A DNA stretch of 64,000 nucleotides from the human T2T-CHM13v2.0 reference genome, Homo sapiens: NCBI RefSeq assembly GCF_009914755.1, contig NC_060940.1, one strand, 5' to 3'. Both the position numbers and the translations under genes were made by a program. Numbering within the stretch: position 1 is the first letter of the stretch; every line of letters starts with the position of its first letter. Under the pieces are notes generated by a model that worked only from the letters and a program-made list of their open reading frames with translations, had not been told where the DNA came from and searched no databases. This document shows, piece by piece, positions 18,973 through 33,237 of this stretch.

Positions 18973-19954
18973 TAGACTTTGAGGGGAGAATCAACAGGAT
19001 TTGCTCACAGATCAGGTGTGGAGTATGAGAAAGAAAGGAATCAGGACTAACTCTAGACTTTTCTTGGCCTGAGCAAATGAAGATTAGGATTATCATTTAT
19101 TTACATGACTGAGATTATGAACAAAGCAGGCTTTAGGTAACTTGTAAGAGTTCAGTTTGGGACATGTTTATCTGAGATGTCTATTAGGCATCCAAGTAGA
19201 GATGCTGAATAGACAGTTTAGGGAAAAGCAGATATGAATTTGAGACTCAGTAGCATGTAAATGGTGTATCAAGCCATGAGACTTGTAATATCACTATGAG
19301 AATGAATGTAAGTAGCAAAGAGATGATGTCTCAAGACTAATCCCTAGGATACTACAAGTTAGGGGTCAGGGAGGCAAAAAGAAATCATCAAAGGAGACTT
19401 AGAAGGAGAAGTAGAGAAGAGATAGAAACACTGGAAGAATGAGGCATCTTGAAATCCTGGTGAACAAAGCATTTCAAGAAGAAAAAAGTGTCACCTGTGT
19501 CAAATGCTGCTTTTAGGTAGGACCAATGAGGATTAAAAATTGACTTGAGTTCAACAACATGGAGTTCATTGGCGACCTTGAGAAGAACAATTGTAGAGGA
19601 GAGGGTAGAGGTGGGAGCAAAAGTTGATTGGAATGGGTTCAGGGCAATCGGGAGCACTAAAGATCATTCTTTTGAGGAGTTGAGCTGTAAAGGGAAGCAT
19701 ATTAATAGAGCACTAGAAAGGCAGAGGTGAGGTCAAGATAAGGTAGTTTCTTTTCTTTTTAAGATGTCACAAATAACAACATGTATGCTGATGAGAAGGA
19801 CCCAGTGGAGAGGGGAAATTGATGATAAAGGAGGGAAACTGAAGGATTTCTGGGGTCATGTCCTAGAGAATACAAGAGTGGATTGGATGTGTATACAAGT
19901 GGAAAGTTCAGCTTTATCTAAAAACACAGACAATAAAATCATATTAATAGGCAC

Positions 19955-20435
19955 TTGCAACAACATGGGTGGAATTGGGGATGATTATGTTAAGTGATCT
20001 TCAGCCACAGAAGGACAAACATCTCATGTTCTCACTGATTTGTGGGATATAAAAATCAAAACAATTGAACTCATGCACACAGAGAGTAGAAGGATGGTTA
20101 CCAGAGGCTGGGAAGTGTAGTGGGGTGTGTGTGGAGCGAGGAAGGTGGGGATGGTTAATGGGTACGAAAAAGTAGCTGGAAAGAATAAATAAGACCTACT
20201 ATTTGATAGCCCAACAGGGTGACTATACTCAATAATAACTTAATTGTACATTTAAACATAACTAAAAGAGTGCAACTGGATTGTTTGTAATACAGAGGAT
20301 AAATGCTTGAGGGGATGAATACCTCATTCTCCATAATGTGATTATTACATATTGCATACCTGTATCAAAACATCTCATGCGCCCCATACATATATACACC
20401 TACTGTGTACTCATAAAATTAAAAAATAAAAAAAC
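19955..20435 (+). mobile_element. L1MA 3' end
   Basis: gacaaacatctcatgttctcact...ggttaccagaggctgggaa...aattaaaaaataaaaaaa. Confidence 0.85.
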
Positions 20436-22559
20436 AAACAGACCATAACAAAATCATACTAACAAGAGAGAAAATAAAGTATATGAACACAGATGCAGGT
20501 AGGTGAGTAGAGGTGGTCGTAAAAATTCTCTTCTGATTTCTTCTATTTTACCAGTAAAGTAAAGGCAAGGCCATTGGCTGATGGGGATAGTGGAGAAAGC
20601 GTTAGAGGTTTGCAAAGAGGAGGGAGGGTGCTAAGTAGCTATATACAGCCTGAGAATGAATGGACTAGGAAACATAGTATGATTGCTAGGAAGTGTTAAG
20701 GGCCCTCTTGAGAATAGAAATGATGAATTTTAAGTGAGACTAGTCGTCATGCTTGTACATTCGCTGTGTTCGGTTGTGCGGGTGCAGACATTGAGTGGGA
20801 AGAAAGTTGATCTTAACCCAAGAAATACAGCACAGTGAGAGAGGGTCAAGGAGTTGATGGTTATAAGCGAAAAGTTGATTACCGTGTTTATCCATGGAAT
20901 CTTGGCTGAATAAAGAGGGAAGAGAGGACATGAAGGAGGTGATCAATAAACAGAGAATTTGGTCCTTTAAGATAAGTTGTACCATGTCCTCATGGCTAAA
21001 ATTGTTGTCCTTCAGGCAAAGGGGTGTTTGAAGGTATTATCTGTCTATTTATCCAATAAGCACTTATTGAACACCTGCCATGAGCTATGTCCAGAGAGGA
21101 TATTTGGTTTCTTCCCTAGAAACATTTAAAATACCAAGGAGATACATTGGATTCAAAGCAAGAGGGGTCTTAAGTGATTACTGAGAACAGAAAATGATTT
21201 TATTTTGTTTTTAATAAAATTTTCAAGTTGGTCAAAAGATGTATGTCTAGTTGAAAAGTACATATCTATATCAGTCGAAATGGCTTAAGCCAAAAAAATT
21301 TATTGATGGATGTAATTGAAAAATGTTCAGCATGATAATGGCTAATGTTTATTGAGGGCCTATTGTTAGCCAGACTGTGTTCTAAGTGAATGACATTTAT
21401 TACCCTGTTAAATCCTAGCAGCAGAGCCAAGATTTGAACCGAGGCAGTCTGCTTCCAGAGACTGCACTCCTAACCACTATGCTTTACTGACTCTTAAAGA
21501 GAGAGCTTTAGGCAAAACTGGATCCAGGGATTCAAGCATTATTTCAAGACAGCCTTTCACTGTCACTCTGCTTACTTCTGTACTGAGTTAATGCACATGC
21601 AGGTTAGATTTTCTCCATTCGTGGTAGCTGCAGACTCACACCATCCTTACATCTAGCATTTTCAGTATAAAGTTATTTTCTCTTTCTAAAAGTACTAGGC
21701 TCATTATTACATAAGTCTGTGTTTAATGGCATGGAATAGAGTCACACTATTACAAAGCTGAAAAAAATCAAAACTTTACAAAACAGTAGGTATGGGCTGA
21801 GCCATAAGCAAACAAACATACAAATACATTTATAATTGGAAGGATGTAAATAAAATATTAGCAATAGTTATTTCTGGGTGTTATGATTTAGAGGACCTTT
21901 TTTCTTTTTTCTTCTCAGTATTTTCATTGTTTCTACACTGAAGATATATTACCTATATAACAAAAATGTTAAAGGGAAACAAAAAAATCAGTACAAAACA
22001 ATAAAGATATCTCCCTATATTGTTCTCTATAGCTAGATATTCTTCCATTCATTCCATCCTATACCATTAAGGTCTGTTTTTTAGAAAATTGATGACAATT
22101 GTGCTCACCTCTGGTTCAGTAGTGTCATTTTTATCTGCTTCCAGATAAAAGGAAAATTAGGGGAGAGGGTGCATTACTAGGTCAGCCCTACTGTATTATT
22201 GTGCAAGTGAACAGGCTTAGTATCATCTTTGCCATTACAAATAATCCATGCTGGATATATTTGGAAATGAAATGTTAGTTCTTCCTTGGAAGCCCCAACG
22301 TGGGTAATAGTTAGTGGTCCATCGAAGAAGGAGAAGGGGATAAAGAAACCAAGGGAGGAGTCCCAACATGAATATGAAGCCCAAATTCCAAGAGCTAGAC
22401 TGAGTTGGAACTTGTCATTTTGTCCCTGTCCCCAAGGAGTTCACAGTTGCATGAAGAAGACAAGATGGTAAGGTTGGGTGAGATAAGATAGTGTGGTTTA
22501 AATAATGCAGGATAAGAGGTGGAGGTGCTAAACAGTACTGACCCACAAGAAGATTATAA

Positions 22560-22806
22560 GATGAGTAAACCTGATCCTGGATCTCCACATTAATGCTTTT
22601 TTTGAACTAATTTCCCCCTCCCTCAGCCTGTAACATCTGTAGAACATGGAAAATTCAACGTACTTGAGACTTTCCTTATTTATAAAATAGGGATAATAAT
22701 AATAATGCCTACTTTATTGGTTTATTGAGACTATTAAATTAAGTAATGCATCTAAATGCACCAGTCCATGATGCGAGTAAATGCTCAATAAATGGTACCT
22801 ATTATT
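22560..22806 (+). mobile_element. MIR SINE
   Basis: tttccttatttataaaatagggataataat...gtaaatgctcaataaatg. Confidence 0.6.
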
Positions 22807-25073
22807 TCTGGCAAAAACAGAAGTCACCTACATGGAGAATAACAAAGCGTTTGGAATCTTGTAGAGTTCTTAAAAATCAACCAGGTCTCCGGTCTTCTAG
22901 ATTTGGATCATTTCTACAGGCAGTATCTGGAAGCCCCTTGAGCTTTTACCCTCTGATTTTATCCAAAGAATGAAGCACAACTGAAATCTCTCATTCTCGC
23001 TCTCAACCTCTTTCCTAAATGTAGCAGATATATGCACATCCTCTGATTCAGATGCAAACTTTGTACCTCACAGACCCTGCAGACCATGTGGCTCCACTTC
23101 ACTGTCCTTTGCCTCATAGGAGTCACCCTCTTTGGGACATTTTCTCACATTTTTGCAAAACTCTGCTTTAGGGAACAGATTTGAAGCTTACACACTGAAA
23201 TAAAACTGAATAACAAGGCTTGATTAGGCCCAAAGACTGAAGGGGAAGAAAATTTCCTATTTTATGATTTTAAATTCAAAGTCTTGAATGCAGGGCATTA
23301 GAGTGGGAAGGAAGATTCAAGAGAATGCTAATGTGAAAGAGAAATGGACTCAGAAAAAGAAAAGAAAGAGAGTGTAATGTGCTCTTTGGTTGCTATTCTA
23401 TTTGAGCCCAGTTCTCCAGCCTTCTTCTTAATTTTGTGAGCTACCCCAAAGTTCCTTTCCTGTGTAAGATATCCCAAATCTCTTTTTTTCACTTCTAGTA
23501 ACCCTTACTGTTTCATAAATAAAGAGCAATGGCAGTTAAGAATGAGAAGCAAAATAAATAAGATACAAGAAAAGTAGAGAAGTTGAAGAAAGTAACTGGA
23601 TCCTATGACTGTCTCAAATTTGGAAGGGTTGCAGTCCTGATACATGCATATCCTTCAAAATAAGCCCCCCCACCTCCAACACTTTTTATTAAAATGGTAT
23701 CTATTCCTTGCAACGGAGGGAGCAACTCTTTTTGTTTGTTTGTTGTATTGGTCAGCACTCTTTCAGTTGCAAGTGCTAACAGAAAGATAGCTAATCACTG
23801 CAGCAATAAAGTCCAGGGTCCATGCATTCCGCATGGCTAGATTCAGAGGTTCAAAGGATATTATCAGGAATCTAATTCTCCCTCCATCAGTTCTGCTCTC
23901 CTCTTTGTTGGCTTTATTGTTGGTTTCTCCTCTTGATAGCAGAGATGACCATTGGAAGCTTCAGGCTTATTTTAGATTAATTCATCATCTCAGAAAAAGA
24001 AGTTTCTCTTTTCCAATAGTTTTCACAAATGTTGTGTGGTTTATTCTCACTAGAAAGATTTGAGTTACTTTCAGTTCTTGAAATATAATTAGAAAGTGAT
24101 GATGTCAGGCTTGGTCATATGCCTGTCTTTGAACTATGTTCAACCCATACAAACCACATGGGAATAAAAGAGGGAAAACTGTTTGTCCAAGGATGGCAAG
24201 GATTACTAGTTGTCCTCCATAACCATTCTTTAGTTCTTTCTTGATACCAAAATCTCAAAGTGTTAGCCAGGCATACAGCCATCCAGAATCAAGACTGCAT
24301 TTTGAAGCATCTCTTGAAGCTAGAAAGTCAAATGATAAAATGCTGTCAAATTGAATACGAGTTGAAATAATACAGGCAACTTCCAAGAAATGTCCTTAAA
24401 CAGATATGGCATGTCTTTACATATTTACTAATGACCAGAATGTGAACATTCTGGCTGCAGATGAATAAGTCATTGTAGACTATGTGGTGACTTTAGAATG
24501 GAGGAAATGCATGGTAGAGTAACAAGATAGAGGGAGCCTGGGTCCCAAACACTTTGGAGCTTCCATACAAGCCCTAAAGTACCTTCATCTGGACTTTCAT
24601 GTGATTACAAAAATAAACATATACCTTGCTTAAGTGGGTGTTAATTGACAAACTACACAACCCAGCATAATCCTACCTGATACCCCCAAAGCAGAATCAC
24701 GTTTGCTACTGTAAACAGATAAAGGTTTAGGAGATGGGCAGGTATGTCCAATGTCTCACTTCCTAAAAAATTCTATCCAAGTCAGTCATTACTCTGATTG
24801 GAAATTTGAAGAGGAAAATCTTCCTGGTTTTGATATATGTGAGTACCCAGGGATATCACAGTTTATGAATTCAAAGGTTAAAAATTATTTAAAAATTAAG
24901 CCAAGCACAGAATTATGAGAAATCATTATATTCATGTTTTATTTTCTAAGGGAAATAGTACTGATCACAGCAGATGACTCCACATTTAACCTTGTAATTT
25001 TAACAATGGAATACAAAAATAGCAGGTTCATGATGTGAATAATTGTTCAAAGTATATATAAGAGCTCCTTCCA

Positions 25074-25378
25074 GGCCAGGCATTGTGGCTCATGTCTGTA
25101 ATTCTAGCACTTTGGGAAGCTGAGGCAGGAGGATCACTTGAGCTCAGGAGTTCAAGACCAGCTTGGGCAACACAGTAAGACTTCATCTCTACAAAAAATT
25201 AAAAAACTAGCTAGGTGTGGTGGCACATGCCTGTAGTCCTAGCTACTCAGGAGGCTGAGGCAGGAGGATCCCTTGAGCCCAGGAAGTGGAGGCTGCAGCA
25301 TGAGCTATGATTGCACTACTGCATGCCAGCATGGTCAACAGAGTGAGACACTTCCCCTCACCCAAAAGAAGAAGAAGA
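25074..25378 (+). mobile_element. AluJ
   Basis: gaggatcacttgagctcaggagttc J-type text; TSD aagaRctcctt. Confidence 0.9.
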
Positions 25379-25689
25379 ACTCCTTTAAGTATATTTGTTT
25401 TGACATTTTTATTAACAATTAGAATGAGGAATTAATTAAATTGTGATCAACTGTGGAAATTACATGATGCCAAGTGAGTGGTTCATGCTTTGGGTAATGG
25501 AATCATAGAATCATGCAACATCTAAACTTTGAGAGACTTTTAAGGTGAATCATAGCGTCCCATTTTACAGCTGAGGAACCTGAGGCTTAAAGGGGGTCCA
25601 CTTGCCCAAAGTACACCTGGAATAAAGGGTAAAGCTGGGATACAATCTTTCTACTTTTTCTTTTTGAATAAATGAAAGCTACCTCGTGG

Positions 25690-26130
25690 TTTGACTTCAA
25701 ATAGACATTTAAAAAAAACTAGGGCAGCGAACTGATGAGACAAGATGAAATGCAATCAAGTCAAATCTATAAGGACCTACACATTGGGTCCAAAAAGGCC
25801 CACTGTACAAGCACAGTATGGGGTAGCTGTGCCTTAATCAGCAGCACTTGTAAGAAACATTTAGAGATGTTACTTGGCTGCAAGTTTGAGATGTCAGCAG
25901 TGTGATATAGCCACAAGAAAAAGATAATGGAGTCTTAGGTGGCATTACTAGAAATAGAACTTACAAAAGAGAGGTGAGAGTCCTGTTGAACTTTTCAATC
26001 CATATCTGAAATTCCTCGCGCAGTCCCAGGTGTGAGATTTTAGAAGAGACATAGACAAATTAGCTTACATCCAGGAGAGGAGCCTAGGATGGAATTATAT
26101 GAATAATGGTCAAAGGAAGTTAGGAAGCTG
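25690..26130 (+). mobile_element. L3/CR1 fragment
   Basis: cagcagtgtgatatagcc...gtcttaggtggcatta...gagacatagacaaattag...atccaggagagg. Confidence 0.65.
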
Positions 26131-26134
26131 CAAA

Positions 26135-26355
26135 GTGCTGTAACTAAGAGCTTGAATCTTGGAGTCAAGACTGCCCGGGTTTAATCCCAGCTCTGCCAGT
26201 TACTGTGTATATGTTTGTTAAATCTTCTTATCACTGCCTGTAGATTAGAAATTACAATAATACCTATCTCCAAAGATAAATGAGGTAGTGCATGTCAAGT
26301 GATTAGCGCATAACTCCCATAAAACAAGCACTCAATAAATGCTAGCTACTATTAG
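26135..26355 (+). mobile_element. MIR SINE
   Basis: ggagtcaagactgcccgggtttaatcccagctctgcca...gcactcaataaatgctagct. Confidence 0.75.
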
Positions 26356-27746
26356 AATTAAGACAGCAAAGTGATGCCAGGGTAATGGTAACAACTTCAT
26401 AGGTTGTGAATATTTAATCAGTTAACCCATGCCAGGTGCTTGATACAAAGTTGGCAGCTATTATTATTATCTGCCGTAGAATTGGTTTAAGGTTTCTAGG
26501 GATGGGACTAGTTTGGGGACAAAATATTTTCTGGTTTGGGCTAAGATCCACAGAACCTAATGATCAGTTTACAGCCTGAGGAAGGAAGTCAGTTATACCC
26601 TGATCAGGGTGGGGGTCATGGTGGTCATCTAGACATTCTATGGCTGGGTGGTGGTGGAGGGCACTCACCTTGTGAACACTCGGACATGGTGAATTGGCAT
26701 TGGCATTGCTGTTGAAGGACAACTCAGCCGTGTTCTTAGCCATGGCCATTTAGGCCTGTTCTGATGCAGGGTTCTGATCCAAGGTACCAGTGTGGTCCCT
26801 CAGGGAAGTACTGGGGATCGTCACTTATGCCTGTTCTGGACATGGTCACCGAGAACTGTCCTGTAGGCATTCACTTAGGAATCATTCGAAGTGGAATTGC
26901 TCCTGGATACGTTCTCCTTGTACTCTGTTTCCTCCTCCTAGTGTCTCTGTGTGAAGAAGCCCTCCGCACTCAGCCCTCGGCGACCCTCTGGTACCCTGGA
27001 CAGCTCCCCGGGGAGCAGTCTACCGCTAGGCGGCGGCTGCTAAGAGAGGAACCCTCCTGACGCGGAGTCTGCCGCTCCGGGGCTCGCTCTCCGGCAGGCC
27101 CGGGGAGAGGTGGGGTGACAATGGGTTGGGGTGCGCGCGTGCCTCATAGGTGCGAGACAGAGCGAGCCGCCGGGGTGTGAGTCAGCGCGCTGGGGGCTAA
27201 GAAGCTGGGTGAATAGTCACGGAATCTCACTCACGCTCGGCTCCTCCACCCATCCCGTCTACAGCGCGTGTCCCAGTCCAGGGCGTGCGTGCGCTCGGTG
27301 TCCGATTCCGGGCTGTGTGTGTCCATTTGGCGAGATGTCGAGAGCGGGGGGAGTGTCCTTGTCGGTGTATCTGGGCCCAGGTTAGGGGACTTCTCCTCCC
27401 CACCCCCGCGTGGGTGTGGGGGTGTGTCCGGGCTAGGGCGCGTGTGCTTCTGTGCCTGTGCGTGCGTGTGCGGGTCAGGGTGGTGGGACCGCGCATCAGG
27501 GCAGGGTGCCTGCGTCTGCGTCTGGGTCTGTCTGGTCTGCATGTCGGCGCGATCTCGACCTGGATTCGTGTCCCTGGATGTCGAGAGGCCAGCGTGGTGG
27601 GGGTGTCCAGCCTCCCGGAGGAGTACTATGCCTTGACACCTTCGTTTCACCGCCCCAAAGCTGGCCTGGGGCTCCGTAGGGAGTGGCCTGCATGGGGAGG
27701 GCCCGCGTGCTGTGTTTCTGGGAGGGGTAAGAGAGTGGGGGCGCAG

Positions 27747-27822
27747 GGGGCGGGCCAGGTCCCTGGGCGCGGCGCGGGCTCGGGGGACCCGCGCGGCTGA
27801 CGTCAGGCCACTCCTTAAATAG
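27747..27822 (+). promoter_or_regulatory. Core promoter: GC box (27747-27754), full CRE TGACGTCA (27798-27805), TATA-like TTAAATAG (27815-27822); TSS inferred at ~27845
   Basis: Motifs read directly; their order and spacing are typical of a CRE/TATA promoter. The TSS position is inferred. Confidence 0.7.
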
Positions 27823-27844
27823 AGCCGGCAGCGCGCTCCGCTCG

Positions 27845-28778
<934 letters not shown>

Positions 28779-31700
28779 TAAGGACCAGGAGCTCCGCTCC
28801 GTGCGCCGGGTCTCTGATCGCTTCCATTGGGAGAGCCATCCGTCTCTTGTGTTTTCTCTTTCTTTTAACCCAACTCATTGTATGGGTTCAGGCTGACACA
28901 CAGGGCCATGGGGGGCTATAGCAGAATTTACCCAGAACTTCCCAGTGATAATCTAGACGGGCAGTTTCTGGAACTGCAAAGGGCGTTCCCTCGTCACTGG
29001 AGTCGTTGGAAAAGGATTATCTCCAGTCAAACCTAAGTGCCAGCTAAAGGGCTAACTCCCTCTGTGACCAGCCCTTAGGGTGCCCAAGGAAGGGACAGGC
29101 GAGGACCTGTGCTGCCTGAACACGGCACCATCCTAACCCTCTGTAGGTCTTTGCTGGTACCCAGCCCCTGAAGGACCCTGAGAAAGATAAGGCAGTTCAG
29201 AGACCCCTTGCAGCAAGGCTCTGTTTGGGAAAGGTCCCCAGAGTTCAGGCCAAATGACAGTGCATCGCCAGAGGTCTCCAGTAAGAAAGATGCCTTAGGG
29301 AGTCTCAATCTCAAACCCAGGTATTTGCTGCTGTACTGGGGCTGAGACCCCCAGTAGCTCTGGCCCTGGTAGGTGGTCTTTGAGTAGTGGAAAGAGCCCT
29401 GGATTCGAGTCTTGGGTCTGTCACTTAAGCTTGAGCAAGTTTCTTAAACTCTATCAGCCTCTATTTTCTCATCCATCCCAATGGGCAGGAAAACAGCCCT
29501 TGCCCTGTATACCTTCCAAGGCTTTTCTAAAGTGCCTTAAAGGTGTAAAAAAGGCACTTCACTTTAAGTGATGCTTCTAAACCAGCAGCCAAAATGTGGA
29601 ATTTGAAGGTGGGCCCTGCGGGTGAAGGCTAGCAAGGGTGCTAGGGGCAGCCAGTCATGCATAGACTGTCTATGCTTCCCATGCATGCCAGGGAGGAGAA
29701 TTATCCCCACTGGGGGAGTCAAGGCACAGACCAAAGCTTCTGTGAGGTGGCAGCGTCCACGCCTCAATGCCTTTCTGCCTCCCTAGCCCTGTATGGTGCT
29801 GAAGTGTAGGACTGGCCCACATGTGGGTGGTGTAATGTCCCGGCTCCCTGTTAACACATAGGTCACAGAATTCTCACCATTCACCTGACCCTTTGAAGAC
29901 TTTCTAGAAACATCTGCATAGTAATGACGTTGGGGAGGGGTAACATGGTAGCTGACAGAGTAGCTGAGGCTAAATCTGCTGTTTTTATCTACAGCTTTAG
30001 GCAGTAGAGGTCATATGCATATTGGACAAGGGACAACTTTGTTAGAAAGAGGACCCCACTGGGCTTATAATAGAGGGCCCTGGATTTACCAAAAGTAGGG
30101 GGACCGCAGGCCTGATTTAGCACCTTTGCAGGTTACTCCTGGCTCGCAATGGTTGTAGTTGTGGGGACGAGTGGGTCATGCATCATCCTTAGCAGGCAGA
30201 CACATAGTCTGTCCCCATTGCAGCCAACCAGGGGCTAGCTAGCCTGTGGGTGGCCCCAGCACCATTATGTCTGGTTAATAGGGTAGGGTGGCACAGAGTG
30301 GCAGATCTGGCTTCATGCCAATGCCAATAGCCCACTGTGCTTTCCAAGCTGTGACTCATGGGCATCCCGTCTAGGTGCATGTGGACACTGTCTGAGTCAG
30401 ATCCCGGGATGGAGGAGGCAAACACATTGAACAGCAGAGCCCAGAGTGGGTCAGCCATGACCACATTCGAATGCAGGCCAGCATTTCCTCGATGGAAAAT
30501 CTGAAGATCATTATGACACCTTTTGCCAATGCGAAGTGCCTTTTAAGTGCAAAACAGCAAAATTCTGAGCATCTGGCTTTCAGATAGTGTGCCCTCCAAT
30601 AAATACCTATGCCCTGAACCCAGACTCTCCTCCCTCCCCTCTCTTCCTTCCACCACTAAACAGCATACCTCAGGCTTCCATCCTGGAGCCCATGTCATTC
30701 AGGGATGGCTGCTTTTTATTTTTAACCTTGGCATGTGTGATTCTAAGCAAGCTTAGCTGTGAACCTTAGAGAGGGAAGCCATGTCTTATTTTTTATTTAT
30801 TTATTTTTTTTTAGCACATTTGGATTCTGCTAAAATTCTCAGCTGAGTCTTGGTAGGTTTTATTTAACATCAAGCATGCTGACAGCTCTGCTTCTCTCTT
30901 CTCTCCCCCTCTACCACCTTTCCCCACTTTATATTTCTAAAAGACTATCCTAGAGGTCTGGTCGTAATTGCCCTCTCCCCATTGCTTGACCAGGAAGGCT
31001 GGGAGGCTCCAGTGTCAGGAAAAGGCTGTGTGGTTTGTGCTTCTTTCAGTTACAAATCCACACCCCTAGAGTCAAGTGTTTAGCTTGTGGATTGCCATTT
31101 CTGTGCAGGGTAATACTACCCCACTTAGATGCTGTTTCCATAACCTCCAGAACATCTTTCTGTATGTAAAGAACATTTTTGTACATTTCTTTTTATTATG
31201 ACCAAGTCATACACATTAACTGCAGAAATCATGGGGATTTCTGGAATCTTTTAAAACCCATGTTCTTACTTTCTTCCTGAATCCCATGAGCTAGGTACGG
31301 TGGGTGACAGGATGTTCCGCTCTCTGTCCACTGCCTTGTCAGTTCACAGCTTGCCATCATAAAGCCAGGGTCCACTGGGCAGACATAGCCAAAGAACCCT
31401 TGCACCCATTGGAGTGGACTGTGCTTTCCAAAGGGGGAGGTGCAGAGTTGCAGGCAGTGTGGATCTTAGTATGATCTGCCCACATCAAAGCCCCTGGTGA
31501 TAACTTCCTGATCAGGAGGCTGAAATCCAGATAGTGGAAAAATCAAAAGCTTTACCCTTAACCCAAAGGAGGGGCTTCTTTCTGTGGGTAAATGGAGATA
31601 AAGCTGAAGGCCGAGTGATATAGCCAGAAAGACACCATCATTTGGAGAGACCAGGAGACAGAGTCTGCACCTTCTTGTCCTTAGCCTGATCCTTCTTGGG

Positions 31701-32279
31701 AACCACTCCCGTTCAGGCCACTACCAGAGAGCCCAGCCTTCTGCAGTGGGTTCTCTCCAATTTGCTGTCTTTCTGCCATGCCATCTCTGATGCTTACCTC
31801 AACTATGTGTCTGGCCTGGGTTCTCCCCCACCCACATTTCCTCCCCGAGGTAAGAGCTGCAGGGTGGTATCTCCTAGCTGCTTGGACAGGTGGGCAAAGC
31901 AACACCAGGCTGATGAGGGAACCAGGACAGGGAACCACAGTCAGAAGACCAGAGGTGGTCACCTAGGTGCTGTATGATTTGAAGAAAGGTGATTCTCCCA
32001 AGTCTCAGCTTCCTCATCATGGAATGGGACCTGTAGTAACTATCCTAGAAACGTGTTGTGAAGAATAAATGCAAAACTGTACATGAAATTGCCCTGGAAA
32101 ATTCTATGATATATAAAGACAAGGCAGTAATGTTACTACTGTTATTGCTACTAATTACTACAACACTCCTGTTATCACTATTAGTTCTGTTAGTATTAAA
32201 AATATTAGTTTCTGATGCTGCTGCTGTTACTAAATCGGGCTGAGGAATTAATCAATTGCTATAAAGATAGTTCCATACT

Positions 32280-33237
32280 TTCCTCTTTATTCCTTCCCTT
32301 CCCTTCCTCCTTCCCTCTCTCCCCTTTCCCTTCTCCTTTTCCTTCCTTCCTTCCTTCCTCCCTCCCTCCTTGCCTGCCTTCCTTCCTTCCCTCCTTCCTT
32401 CCTTCCCTCCCTCCCTCCCTTCCTTCCTTCCTTCCTTCCCTCCTTCCTTCCTTCCTTCCCTCCTTCCTTCCTTCCCTCCTTCCTTCCTCCCTCCCTCCCT
32501 CCCTTCCTTCCTTCCTTCCTTCCTTCATTCCTTCCTCCCTTCCTTCCTTCCCTCCTTCCTTCCTTCCTTCCTTCCCTCCTTCCTTCCTTCCCTCCTTCCT
32601 TCCTCCCTCCCTCCCTCCCTTCCTTCCTTCCTTCCTTCATTCCTTCCTTCCGTCCTTCCCTCCTTCCTTCCTTCCCTCCTTCCTTCCTCCCTCCCTCCCT
32701 CCCTTCCTTCCTTCCTTCCTCATTCCTTCCTTCCTTCCTTCCCTCCTTCCTCCCTCCCTCCCTCCCTTCCTTCCTTCCCTCCTTCCTTCCTCCCTCCCTC
32801 CCTCCCTTCCTTCCTTCCTTCCTTCATTCCTTCCTTCCTTCCTTCCCTCCTTCCTTCCTTCCTTCCCTCCTTCCTTCCTTCCCTCCTTCCTTCCTCCCTC
32901 CCTCCCTCCCTTCCTTCCTTCCTTCCTTCCTTCATTCCTTCCTTCCTTCCTTCCTTCCTTCCTTCCTTCCTTCCTTCATTCCTTCCTTCCTTCCTTCCTT
33001 CCCTCCTTCCTTCCTCCCTCCCTCCCTCCCTTCCTTCCTTCCTTCCTTCCTCATTCCTTCCTTCCTTCCTTCCCTCCTTCCTTCCTTCCTTCCCTCCTTC
33101 CTTCCTTCCCTCCTTCCTCCCTCCCTCCCTCCCTCCCTCCCTTCCTTCCTTCCTTCCTTCCTTCCTTCCTTCCCTCCTTCCTTCCCTCCTTCCTTCCTCC
33201 CTTCCTCCCTTCCTTTTCTCTTTCCTTCCCTCCTTCC
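32280..33237. repeat. ~950-bp polypyrimidine tract of mixed (CCTT)n/(CCCT)n, i.e. GGAA/GGGA on the - strand
   Basis: Read directly; only about a dozen purines on the + strand. Confidence 0.98.

Larger units (their letters stand above)
18330..20985 (-). mobile_element. L2 LINE, interrupted by MER44 and L1MA
   Basis: Antisense L2 text (gagttcagtttgggacatgtt...gtgtcaaatgctgct...cattggcgaccttgagaaga). Confidence 0.75.

Noticed and set aside
29783-29803. REST/RE1-like TGGTGCTGAA
   Set aside because: Only one half-site matches.
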